Below are positions 52,231-64,000 of a stretch of DNA of 64,000 bases, in pieces. The notes under the pieces were generated by a model, which had not been told where the DNA came from, did no database searches, and saw only the letters and a list, made by a program, of their open reading frames with translations. The DNA is taken from the NCBI GenBank assembly GCA_044892525.1, contig CM097886.1, positions 112,034,001-112,098,000 on the forward strand, read 5' to 3'. The stretch comes from Schmidtea polychroa. Lineage: Eukaryota. A program made the translations under genes and the position numbers. Every line of letters begins with the position of its first letter. Position 1 is the first letter of the stretch.

Positions 52231-52341
52231 GCTTACGGGCATGTAATAAACTAAAAATTTTCAATTCAAAATTAATTAATTATAATAAAATGTATCAGGA
52301 TATGTAAGAATCTTCATCAGAATCAACTATTCCATTTCGAG

Positions 52342-52700
52342 AAATTCATAGATGAATGCTCTTTCAATACATGGACGAACAAGAAATTCGGTAGATCTCG
52401 TAGGCAATCAAATTTATAGCAATATGCCAACAAATTGAGGTCCCAATATTTCTCTAGTTTTAGCAATATCCAAAGATGAGCCAATCCATTCACAAATTAT
52501 TATTGGCTCTTAAAAAAATGAATCATATCATTTAGAACCGAATTGACTGAAACGGTGGCTCTGAATTCATTTTGATCCACGATAATGCATCTATCCACAT
52601 TAATATATCTTCATTGAATAATCCATTGAATAATCATCCAAATAATCCATTTTTGAACACCATCGAAAGTGTGTTCAGCAAAATTAAAAATGGGGTAAGG
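52342..52700 (+). pseudogene. Tc1/IS630 DDE_3 transposase catalytic-domain remnant
   Basis: KFIDECSFNTWTNKKFGRS, ILIHDNASIH and NPFLNTIESVFSKIKNGVR supply the D, D and E motifs. Confidence 0.8.
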
Positions 52701-54984
52701 ACTACAATTTCTGCGGCTGATGGATTTAGTAGACAGATTTACCTTCAATGATAGATTTACTGTAATATCCCAAGCATTTAACGAGGAACTTCGAAAACCA
52801 GATTTTAGTAATTTGAATAATCATATTAAAAGATTCTTCCCTAAATGCTTGATGAAACAAGATATTTTAGGTGAACTATGAAAAATTTAATGTATATTTA
52901 AATAAATAAATATCTTACTTCTTTTTTCATTATTTTATCATAAAAACTTAAATTATAACTAAAACCAAAACAAAGCTCAATTGACATTGCTAAATCAATG
53001 TCCCATTAATCATAATCAAATGCGCTTGGGTGAAAGATAAGGTGGGAAGGGTTATGTTTATTCTTTTTATTTTCATCTGAATATTTATAATTCAATAATA
53101 TTTTGAAACTCCTTCACGATGAAATATTTAAATAAATTAAAAACTTCATTTAGTAAAATTTCACCTTATTTATCACGAATTAATGATACACGATTGTTTG
53201 AAAATTAATAGAAAATATTGATCTATAGCCTGAAATAAAATCTGAAAAGGTATTTCACAACCATCTTTCTTCTTTAGATTTTGTTTGTTTATTGGTTACA
53301 GAATTGCGGTTCGACAATTTTTTACGCATATTGTCATTGAGCTCAATACGATTTTCTGCAGCATTCTTTATCTATGGCTCGCTTACAAACAGGTTGGTTT
53401 ATGGTACATTATTTTCTATAATATTAACTCTTCCTTCTTTTTACTTCAAATTTTTAAAAATTTCTTTTCTTTCTTATTTTAGTAATGAAATGAGATAGTA
53501 AAAATGAATAAAATATTGCAATGGCTATTTTAAATTTGAACAATAAATTACTGAGACAATTTTTTTTCTCTTTTGATATCTCAGAGATCCTCTCGGTTAA
53601 TTTCATTCATGCAATCTATTGAATGTAAGTATTGTTTTGAGTGATTTTTCTGTTGGGGTTAGGCTGTGTAAAAACAATAGCCGTAAGGACTAATCTGTAA
53701 ATAATAATTATCATAAATAAATAATTACTATAAATAATCATTATAAATAAGATAAATACTAAATATAGTAATTTATAACATATTATTTATAAATAGTTAT
53801 TATTAAATCTAAAAGTACAAAATAAGTTAATATATAAAGAATAATAACAGTCATTTTGAGGGACAATAATTACGCTTTAATCAGTAATGATTAAAAAACA
53901 ATATTCGATTAGTCTCCAGAATAGACTAGAGAGAAAAAACGAAAACCAATTTGGTTAAGCTTAAAATCATTAATGATTAAAAGCAATTCTCCAACGTGAA
54001 ATAAGACCAGCTGTGACAGGAGTAAAAACCACCAGCTGTCGACTAATTTTAGTATAAAAAAGATTTCCTAGACAGAAAAAATAGAATTAGCTAAGTTACC
54101 ACTAGCTGTGAAAGAAAATTCAACAGATTCTAACCTTTAAGGTTAATTTATCTATTTGATTAATAAAATGTTAAATTGTTAGCAGGAAATAAACTTTTAG
54201 GAGCGATAGAACGATTCTGGTTCTATTCGTTAGCATAAAATTCGAGACTTACCCTCCAAATCTTGGCCCATTGTTAATATGCAGCGCTGAGAAGCAAAAA
54301 GGTTCAGTGAGTGTTTTTGTTCTGAGGACGGTTCGAATAACCGATTTCTGTGCTTTAGCAATAGCGGTACTTTTGGGAAACTCAATTAGCAAATTGTAAA
54401 TATTTTGTGCTTAATAAATATACTTTGTAAAACCAATAAACGTTGTTATATTAGTTAATTGGTATCTATTCATGGAACAATTTTCGAATCAATTATCTAA
54501 ATATTAATAATGAATTTAAAACTTAAATAATATACCTCAACAGACCATTGAAAATAGTTTTCGTAGTCTCGACCTGATTTCAGGATCATATTCTTCAGTA
54601 GACGAACCCGATGATTATTCGAGTCCATTTATTTTGTTCGTCAAACAATAATACAAATATTGATTTGAAAGATTTTTCGTTTATTTATACACGCTATTTA
54701 TCTTTTGGAGTCAGATAAATTAGTAACTATGTTAGGTCCACAAGATCAATCCTAACATTTCTATGAAATTGAATGATTGTGAGTAAATGAATTATTTTAA
54801 TTTTAATTTACAAAATATGAATAATTGTTATATTATTTTATATGTAATACTGATAATATAGATAGCTTGAATAAATATAGAAATAGCATGAAAATTCCCA
54901 CACCGTTGTTTCAAAATTCAATCCGAAATTCGTGAAATAGACGAAAAGATAAATTTAATAAGCTATGGCTATATAGGTGGAAGA

Positions 54985-55635
54985 CCAAACTTTCCAGAAG
55001 CTGATGAATAAAGTTTTTGACTCCCTAAATTGGAAAGAAACTATATATATTATATTTCAATGCTGTACAAATTCTTTCTCCGACGAAAAGATAACATTTA
55101 AAACGAATTAAAGAAGCGGGGTTCAAATGAAGAAATATAAATGTCATTTTTAAGCGAAGAAATAAAACTCCTATAAATAAAAGGACATATAAATAAAAAA
55201 TAATAAAACAGAAGCAATAAAGGAATATGAAAGATTCAAATGTATAAAAACTACAAAGCTTTCTAGGTCTGACAAAATACTACCGCCATTTCATTAAAAA
55301 TTATACAGAACACGCAAAACCGTTGGAAATACACTGTGGAAGTAATAGTAACAAATTAATTTGGACCAAGATCTATGAGTTCGGTTTCCAGGGTCTCAAA
55401 AAACATTAATGAAAGCACCAATTTCACCATATTCTGATTTCTTCAAGGAATTCATGTTGGATACGAACGTCAGTTTCAATCGTATTGGAGCAGTATTATC
55501 CAAAAAAGAAGAAAATAGCAATGAAAAACTAATTGAATTAAATTCAGTAAATGCATACGAGTTGAATTACTTCAATATAAGGAAGGAGTTATTTGCAATT
55601 TATTTTTTACATTGTATTTTAAACATTACAAATAT
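54985..55635 (+). pseudogene. Gypsy reverse transcriptase/RNase H remnant
   Basis: QTFQKLMNKVFDSLNWK; FLGLTKYYRHFIKNYTEHAKPL; KEFMLDTNVS...IGAVLS...ELNY...KELFAI. Confidence 0.8.
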
Positions 55636-55821
55636 GAAAAAAAGCTCCTCGATAATATCATAAAGCAATTTGTTAATTCTTGTGAATAATATTATAATAA
55701 TAATATTTTAAAAGAATTGAGTTGCTTGGTATACCGAATTAGACCTATTCTTTTAAAAATCGATTTTGAATAGCATTATCTATTGTGTTTTTAAATTTGT
55801 AAATAAAATTTTAGGTTAATG

Positions 55822-56404
55822 TAGGGTTGCCAACTTTTGATTCGACCAAAAGCGTATTCAAATTTCTTTTAACCATATAGTAACAAAAATGACAAATAAT
55901 TGCAATAAATAAAAATTGAGATATTTATTTTCATATTTATTTCAAAGGCCTCTCTAAAAGACAAAACTTATAATTTCAAAACAAAATTACTTTTAGAAAT
56001 TCGAATTATAAATTTACTTACAGGTTATAGAGAGCAATAATAATCAACAATTAATAAAACTTAAACAAAATTAATAATTAATAAAATTATATATTTTACA
56101 TTTTAATTTCTACATCTCAAAAATTAATTTTCAAAATACAGGAAATATCACATTGTAATTATGACAGTTTTTCTGGAAATTTCAAGTAAATTTAAACATG
56201 AATTTGGAAAACATTCTGCCGTTTCAATTTGGAAAGCAATTTTTTTTACACCATCGAACCAAAAATTGACGATATTTTTATCCCAGCAAGCTAAAAGCGC
56301 ATTTTTTCGTATATCTATGAAAAGCGTGCGTATAACGTATACATGTTTGTTTTTTGCACGAAAAGCGTAGGTTGCGCTTCAAAAGCGTACAGTTGGCAAA
56401 CCTA
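55822..56404. mobile_element. Non-autonomous hAT element (Blackjack-like termini)
   Basis: TIRs TAGGGTTGCCAACT / TAGGTTTGCCAACT; perfect TSD GGTTAATG; repeated AAAAGCGTA subterminal motif. Confidence 0.9.
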
Positions 56405-58327
56405 GGTTAATGTAATTCATTTTTTTTCAAATTTCATCACTGATTTCTTTTCCATTGTATTTATTACTATGAATCTTACTATGAATCAGTAAATATATCG
56501 ATGTTTTTGATATATTTACTGATTCATAATCAAGCTTTTTAATAAATATAATGTAATTCAGTTAATGTTACAAAATTTTATGATTGACTGGAATAATTTT
56601 TAGTATACCAATGGGGTTTTCGCATCATCTTGATAATGGTAGATATTTGTGATGGTGATTATACTTGTTTCTTATGATAGCTTACTCAACCTACAGTGTT
56701 GCAGACATCGATGATGCCTTGGTTTTCCACTTTCCAAGTTATTCTATTATTCAAATTGGACCTTACCAACTAAGTCTAGGAATCCTTGTAATCTCAGATC
56801 ATATCCTGTTATGAATAAACTCGTCAGTCACTGGTATTTGCACCTCGATTCTACTTAGATTGGGTTTTGTTAAGTAAAAATGGAGATAGATTTTATTCTT
56901 ATTTATGGCTGATATCATCAATTAGTTATCAGAAAACTCGTTTTTATGATTATAATATATCGTGGGTCTTGCCGTAGTGGATTTTGTAAGTCGAAATTTC
57001 ATGTAATTTTCGAAATTTTCAATTTATGCCTAATGAATGCGACAATGTTGTCAAATTTCTTTGCTTGTTCTAACATTTACTAAGGTGGAGTGGAATTTAA
57101 ATAATTGCTTTCGGTGTGGGCTATGTTAATCTTATAGGAAATATCCTGTGGTGAAAATAAGATTTGCGAATTACTGGTAGTTTTGTTTTATCCTCTGTCG
57201 AACCCCATAGACAAGTAGCCTGGCATTACCTCTTTCTAGCATGTAACTAGAATTTTACTTAGATTTTCTAAAATTTTCGAGAAATTTGATTTGTAATATC
57301 TTCCTTAATATGTAACACTTGCCACACTTGTGATACAGTAATTATGAATGGTTTATTGCAGGGTATCCTCCGCAAGGTGGACTCGTTGGTCGCTCCGGTT
57401 TTCAACTAACCGGTTCTCAAATCTCACTTCTTGGACCTCAGGTTAACAAATCTGTCACTTTTGTTCCACCCGGATTCCGAACAGTGATAATCTGACACAC
57501 GCTGTTGGGCTACGGTATAGCATGGCTCAAAGAGCTCGTCTGCTTGTACCTCTAGTCTCTGCTCGTCCTGTCTACTGATAGGCTAATGCATGACCACGCT
57601 AAAATATTCCCCGAACTCCAAAGAAGTCCACTTTAGGCTTCCTCCTTAGGTTCTTGGAACATCTTCATATCCTGAAATTCTGTGCTGTCCGAAAATATAT
57701 AACATAGATTCATAACATAACAAATAGTTTTAATACAAATTTATTTAACTTGAAACAAAGTAGTGAAAGCAATGATCGTTAAAAATTACATTAAAAGGCT
57801 TTACATAGACCGAATGAAAGTAAATATTACTTACTTCAATTAATGATGTCAAAAACAAAAATGCGCATAAAAATTTAGGCTAGTTTTTAGATAGAAGTTT
57901 TTAGTTAGTCTAAGTTTAAGTTAGATTAATTTAACAAATGAATGTCAGAACAGCCGAATTCGGACCAATCAGGTGAGAGTACAACCACCATTAATTTATG
58001 GTTGGCCTATACTTATTTTAATTTGACTGACCAATATAAATTTTTTTATTTTCTGAATTAACGTAATTATTATATCATTTTTCTAATGTTTTAATTTTTG
58101 TTTTTTTTTATGAAATATGTCTCGATCTGTGATGTCTTGAAGTTTTTAGTTTTTATTATTAGTATTATTATTATATTTTTTTTAAATAGGGGTTTTGTTT
58201 TTTAAGTATTTGTTAAATTAATATTTTATAAGAATTTTAGATAAATTTCTTGCGGTTTTTATGCTATGTGGCTTGCTCTGACATCAAATGGAATTTTTAA
58301 TTAATTACTAATTATTTTATTTATTAA

Positions 58328-58564
58328 CCCTTTGAGGGCGCCCTCTTTAGTCGCACAACTTTATTTTGGTCTTGAGGACGAAATTCGACTCTAGTCCACT
58401 AAATGCCAAAAACTTCTAGTTTGCACCAATATATACTACAGCTTGTAATAGTTGTCAAAATAGCCATATTTTTAATTATACATAAATTTAGGAAAAATTC
58501 ATTTTTATGGCAAAATTACATCTTTGGGGGAATAAAAAACTTTGAGCCCGTCGCCCTCAAAGGG
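58328..58564. mobile_element. piggyBac-type MITE
   Basis: Perfect 13-bp TIR CCCTTTGAGGGCG; TTAA on both sides. Confidence 0.9.
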
Positions 58565-58843
58565 TTAATTATCGTTCCACTGGTCCAACAATTACCAAAA
58601 GAGAAAAATGATTACAACATGTGCCAAAGAAACAATAATTAAACACAAAAATCAAATATTATTCGAAACTATTCTATTAAACTGTTGTGGTTCATTTAGA
58701 TGGGCAATCAATAGATTATAGATTTTTCTGGTATATATATTTCGTTAAATTTCTACGGTAATAACTATTATCATTATTTTTCGTAGCGAAACTGAAACCC
58801 CTTACATTCCAGGACCAATTGTATGCAGATGACAGTAGTGTTG

Positions 58844-60296
58844 AGTAGAGGGAAGTGTGCTCCATGACTCATCAACCCCCCCTCCGATGACTCTTTTTTT
58901 TCGATTTTTTTTTCGAATTTTTTTCCCTGATTTTTCCCCCGATGACTCATCCATAGCAACCGTGGTAACCATGTCAAGGTCATATGACTCATCCATAGCA
59001 ACGGCTGTAACTAGGTCAAGGTCATTCTATTTTAGTAACTAGGTCATATGACTCATCATTTTTGGAACAAACCCAATGACTCATTATTAAAGTATATATG
59101 ACTCATCATTTTTTAAACAAAGACATATTTAATATTTAAACAAAGACATGTAAACAAATATTTAAATAAATACATTTAAACAAAGACACTTAAACAAAGA
59201 CATATAGACAAAGACTCATCGATGACTCATAGTTTAAATAGGGGGTTTCTTTTTTTTGCATACTCCCCCCCCAGTATGACTCATCGATGACTTTTTTGAA
59301 CAAAGACCAATCATTTATTTTTAAAACAAAGACTCATCACACGACTCTAACTTTTAGAACAGACTTCTTTTTTGGTAAACCAAAAATTATTGANNNNNNN
59401 NNNNNNNNNNNNNNNNNNNNNNNNNNNNNNNNNNNNNNNNNNNNNNNNNNNNNNNNNNNNNNNNNNNNNNNNNNNNNNNNNNNNNNNNNNNNNNNNNNNN
59501 NNNNNNNNNNNNNNNNNNNNNNNNNNNNNNNNNNNNNNNNNNNNNNNNNNNNNNNNNNNNNNNNNNNNNNNNNNNNNNNNNNNNNNNNNNNNNNNNNNNN
59601 NNNNNNNNNNNNNNNNNNNNNNNNNNNNNNNNNNNNNNNNNNNNNNNNNNNNNNNNNNNNNNNNNNNNNNNNNNNNNNNNNNNNNNTAGTGGAGTCCTGA
59701 GTCATCGTTCTAATCGTGTGTGATAGTCTTTGTCTTAAAAATAAATGATTGGACTTTGTTCAAAAAAGTTATCGATGAGTCATACAAGGGGGGGGGGCTA
59801 GTGCACAAAAAAAATAATAACTCCTTATTTAAATTATGAGTCATCGATGAGTCTTTGTCTATATGTCTTTGTTTAAATGTCTTTGTTGTAAATGTATTTA
59901 TTTAAATATTTGTTTAAATGTATTTATTTAATTACTTGTTTAAACGTATTTATTTAAATATTTGTTTACATGTCTTTGTTTAAAAAATGATGAGTCATAT
60001 GTACTTTAATAATGAGTCATTGGCTTTGTTCCAAAAACGATGACCTTGACCTAGTTATAGCCGTTGCTATGGATTAGTCATATGACCTTGTTACTAAAAT
60101 AGAATGACCTTGACCTAGTCACCGCCGTTGCTATGGATGAGTCATATGACCTTGGTATGGTTGTCATGGTTACCACGGTTGCTATGGATGAGTCATCGGG
60201 GAAAAATCAGAAGAAAAAAATTCGAAGAAAAAAAAATCGGAAAAAATGAGTCATCGCGGGGGGTATGATGAGTCATGGAGCACACTTCCCTCTACT
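58844..60296. repeat. Long inverted repeat (~500-590-bp arms) with internal motif arrays, unclassified
   Basis: Both arms begin AGTAGAGGGAAGTGTGCTCCATGACTCATCA and align up to ..AAAGACT.ATCACACGA. The centre is mostly N. Confidence 0.92.
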
Positions 60297-60298
60297 GG

Positions 60299-60305
60299 TA
60301 TATAA
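60299..60305 (+). promoter_or_regulatory. TATA box directly after the inverted repeat
   Basis: TATATAA-GGGG lies 2 bp after the arm end. A GT..AG intron-like segment (60371-60402) and an ATG (60405) follow. Confidence 0.5.
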
Positions 60306-60404
60306 GGGGCCTAAAAAGAATTAAATAAAACTACTAAAATTTTAAACTTCAAATCGTTCAAAATTAATAGGTAAATGTTTTTAATATTTAGTATTTATAC
60401 AGTG

Positions 60405-61717
60405 ATGACTTCAACTCTAAAATCAACAAAATTTAATAGTGTTTATTTCAGTAATGGAACAAATTCAATGGAGTCGGACAATTTATGATGGATATCTGAA
60501 GATGCATTGCAACCACGTAGGACAAGACTCAATAGTTATCAACGACAACAGGAAAATTCCAAATTATCTGAGAGTGGATGACAGAAGAATGAAAGCGAGA
60601 ATTTTTAAAGTCAGCAGAAAATTGATAGAAATAATTAAAGAAGGCGAAATTTCTAGCAGAAATGAATATATGCTCCGCATAATTAAAGGAAAAGTGGAAG
60701 TAGTCGCCGAGATTCAAAGAATCTGGTGGGAATTACACCAAGACTCATCCTGGAAAATGTAGAAAGAAAGATTGAGGAAGAAATTGAGAGCATTAGATGA
60801 GGATGCAAGAGTTGTATTGGAATAACGGATTCCAAATGAGGAAAATGAAGTCCCACAGCATATTTCGAAATTGTCAGATGATTACGATGGAAATGTTCTA
60901 CGGAAATGAACTATGAAGGAAAATAATAAAAAATCTCATACCTGACACCAAGAGGAAGATTGCGTCACTTCAATTCAAGCATTCATGGCATCACGGAGAT
61001 TGCCAGTAGGAACCAATGCGACCAGTATACGGAAATGAGAGAGGTCCAAAAATTGACAGTTTGGAAAATATTGGTGGGACATGATCTTTATGCAGAATTT
61101 GAAAATCTAAAAATGTGGACATATCAATTGCATGGAATTCGGGATTTAGCGACGGCACAGGCACTTCAATTGAAAGGAATAACAAGGAGAGGAGAATACT
61201 TCAAACTCAAAACAGTTGTTGAAGAATTATTCGGAGAACAGACGCAGAAGGGTATTCATTCAGCATTGAAAGACGTCAAAAATATTCGAAGAGTGTACAG
61301 GAAAATCGAAAATGTGTGGGTCGATGATGTAAAAATCCAAAAAATGATTCCATTAAAGAAATATTCGTTAGCCGAATATCAAAAGCTTCATGCGTGCCAA
61401 CAACGAATGGAACATTTTTTGAAACAGTTGAACAAGTCGATCTCACAAAGGGTGAGCAAATGGAAATTGACGAAGCACCACTGAAAAAGGCCACTGAAGA
61501 AAATGTAGATGCGATCGAGGAAAATATTGGCATGATGATGAGTTTGTCTATTCAGAGAATTCCGGCATCATTTGAGCATGGACCCATTCTTCAATTGGAG
61601 GAGAGAAAAGAAATCTACAATGAAAATCGAAGCCAGCGATTCCATCATTGTGCATGGAATTATTTATCATCGAGAAAAAAACATTTACCCGCTACAAGAG
61701 TGAGCCGGGAAACATAG
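60405..61717 (+). pseudogene. Decayed coding region of unknown identity
   Basis: Consecutive overlapping plus-strand ORFs (60439-60762, 60960-61484, 61394-61717) with coding-like composition; AATAAA at about 61765. Confidence 0.5.
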
Positions 61718-62365
61718 AGTTAAAAATTGACTTATTGTAATTTATTCGAATATATATATTAATTAATAAAAATGTTCTTGTCTTGAATATTATGGCGTCC
61801 CATCCCATAAATGAATTAATTAAATCAAACAAACCAATAAATAAAAGAAATGACAAAAGAAATGAGTCGAATCACAAACCTACATAAGAAAATTTNNNNN
61901 NNNNNNNNNNNNNNNNNNNNNNNNNNNNNNNNNNNNNNNNNNNNNNNNNNNNNNNNNNNNNNNNNNNNNNNNNNNNNNNNNNNNNNNNNNNNNNNNNNNN
62001 NNNNNNNNNNNNNNNNNNNNNNNNNNNNNNNNNNNNNNNNNNNNNNNNNNNNNNNNNNNNNNNNNNNNNNNNNNNNNNNNNNNNNNNNNNNNNNNNNNNN
62101 NNNNNNNNNNNNNNNNNNNNNNNNNNNNNNNNNNNNNNNNNNNNNNNNNNNNNNNNNNNNNNNNNNNNNNNNNNNNNCCTCAAACAATTTTACACTGTTC
62201 AATAGTTTGATTGATCTATATGACAAAAACAAAAAGAAACCCTAAACTCACTGCAACACTTTCTCAGTTATTTGATGTTACCAATGTTAATAAAAATGGC
62301 AAAGCATGGAGGATAAATAGCTCTACCTGAGGCAAGTTAAAAGTGGAAGAAAGATTGGCTATTCA

Positions 62366-63610
62366 ATGGTCAATCAAACCCCTGTGGAATCAATCCACCC
62401 AAGAAAACGAATCCCACTATCAAATCTCTACCTCAATCCAGCTCTTCTCAATTGCAACCCACGCAAACACATAAAACTGTCTCAGATTCTTTGGATTCTG
62501 AAACCTCTACTTCTTCACCCGAGTCGCCAACCTCTTCTTCAACGTCATCTTCAACGTCATCTTCTCCTGAATACAAACGGAAATACCAAAGAGCAAGAAC
62601 TACAACAGCGGGTTTTTTTAGTACCGAAAACCAACAGTTCTACACATAAATATCGTGACGTTCTTGCAACCATTGCTGAACAGGATCATGATGTGCCGGT
62701 TCCAAGTCAGGCGGGTGTCTGGAAGCGAGAAATCTTTGAAGGACAGAGAATGAAAACCAAAATTGTTCAAAAACTTCACAGCAAAGATCCCTACTGTCTC
62801 CAGTTTGATGGTAAAAGACTGCGAGGGGAAGAGTATCAAGTAGTTCTGCTAAAAAATATGACAACCGAAATCAAACTCAGTATTCTTAAATGTGATAGTG
62901 GTTCTGTCACAGCCATTCACAAGGAACTACATCAGCTAATTGATGAAATCCTATATGAGGGATAGTAAAGCTCATATATGATGATGTCTTGAGCAAGGGC
63001 TTTAAGAAGCCACAATATATTGGCTGTCAGCACCATGTACTCGACCTTCTGAAGCATGTCATGAATTTTCTTATTCAAGATCCATCGAGCAGACCAGAAC
63101 TCAATTATTCCTTCATTGACAAATTAACAGAAAACTGTCTCTCTTCAGGCTGATTACCACCTCATTGAGATAGATGATGTTAACACATGTGAGAACCCTG
63201 GATGGCAAGATGATTTAAAATTCTTATATGAAGTCTGTAAGGCATATCGTCATTACGAAACGACTTCACATTGACCTCGAATCAGCTGGAAGAAACTCCC
63301 AAATATACACCATGCAAGATGGAATTCACGTGCAATATATGCTGTTAGCATTATTTCTGGTACCAGAGTGGCGCAGCATTCAGCATGCGACTTCATCTGT
63401 TACGAATGGACAAACGCTTGGTTCCATTCGCAACACTACTATGAAGCGTCCTTCAATGAACTGTTTACCTAACTCAACAATATAAAATGCAAGAAGGCAA
63501 TTAAGTGTTTAAATATGCATTGCTTAGTCGAGGAGTCATTAATTGACATTATAAGATCTAACTAAACTGCTGAACATGCTGTTAAACTGATGGAAGAACT
63601 CCATGCGAAA
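62366..63610 (+). pseudogene. Divergent hAT transposase (hATm/hATx-like) pseudogene
   Basis: YCLQFDGKRL..EEYQVV; YIGCQHHVLDL; LPNIHHARWNSRAIY; SN*TAEHAVKLMEE, paralleling hATm HWDGK, CRHH, HHARW..KAIY and ERGVKL. Confidence 0.7.
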
Positions 63611-63612
63611 TC

Positions 63613-64000
63613 GAGAAAAATTGAATTTATGAAATATTTTTTATTCTGTGAAGATCTGGAAACAACCACAATAGAAAAATATATCTTCCAATGTGTGAAG
63701 GACTTCTTTGCAAAATATGGCTTAAATATAATAATTATTGGTTTTGTGTGTACCGGCGATACCCCTGTTATGATTGAAAATAAATCAGAGTCTTTTACAT
63801 TCATGAATGACTCACTGTTTTCTTCATCGACATGCTTTGACATCAAAACATTTCCGCCAGTTGAATAAAGTTTTCGACACTCAGTTAAGACTATAAACTG
63901 CTTTAGACGTTTGTGAATATTTTGGATGTGAGCATTTAGTTTTGGTTTTCTACACATAAGTCACCTGGTTGTCACGTGGAAAAGCTATCACGTTGTTTTC
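63613..64000 (+). pseudogene. Buster/Charlie (ZBED5/ZBED8-like) hAT transposase fragment
   Basis: YFLFCEDLETTTIEKYIFQCVKDFFAKYGL...GFVCTGDTPVM matches FLFC..LETTT....IF..V..FF...GL......CTDGAP.M. Confidence 0.75.

Noticed and set aside
56570-57690. Possible minus-strand Gypsy gag-pol remnant (GC-richer patch, HKCGKC)
   Set aside because: Motifs are too degraded to support a call without a profile search.
61120-61200. LHGIRDLATAQAL as a tyrosine-recombinase HxxR box
   Set aside because: No upstream catalytic Arg motif and no downstream H/W..Y box could be found.

Overview
Very AT-rich eukaryotic (probably animal) genomic DNA broken by 16 N runs. The window is mostly a transposable-element graveyard. 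It contains one apparently complete SPIN/Buster-type hAT transposon (48597-51354; intact 612-aa DDE transposase, TIRs, perfect 8-bp TSD) and a second hAT transposase broken by a single stop. There are about 15 non-autonomous DNA elements whose TIR/TSD can be read directly (hAT, piggyBac, pogo/Tigger, MULE), plus Tc1, mariner, Gypsy and Penelope remnants; the Penelope-related repeats carry hammerhead-ribozyme cores. Host-type genes are few: an intronless RING protein (14074-15426), an SH3 protein (9687-10496), and decayed copies of HSP90 and a WD40 (AAMP/SQT1-like) gene. The least explained structure is a ~1.45-kb inverted repeat (58844-60296). It is packed with transcription-factor-like motifs, ends exactly at a TATATAA box, and is followed by a decayed unidentified gene. 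No rRNA, tRNA or CRISPR array was seen. All family assignments come from motif recognition by eye, not database searches.
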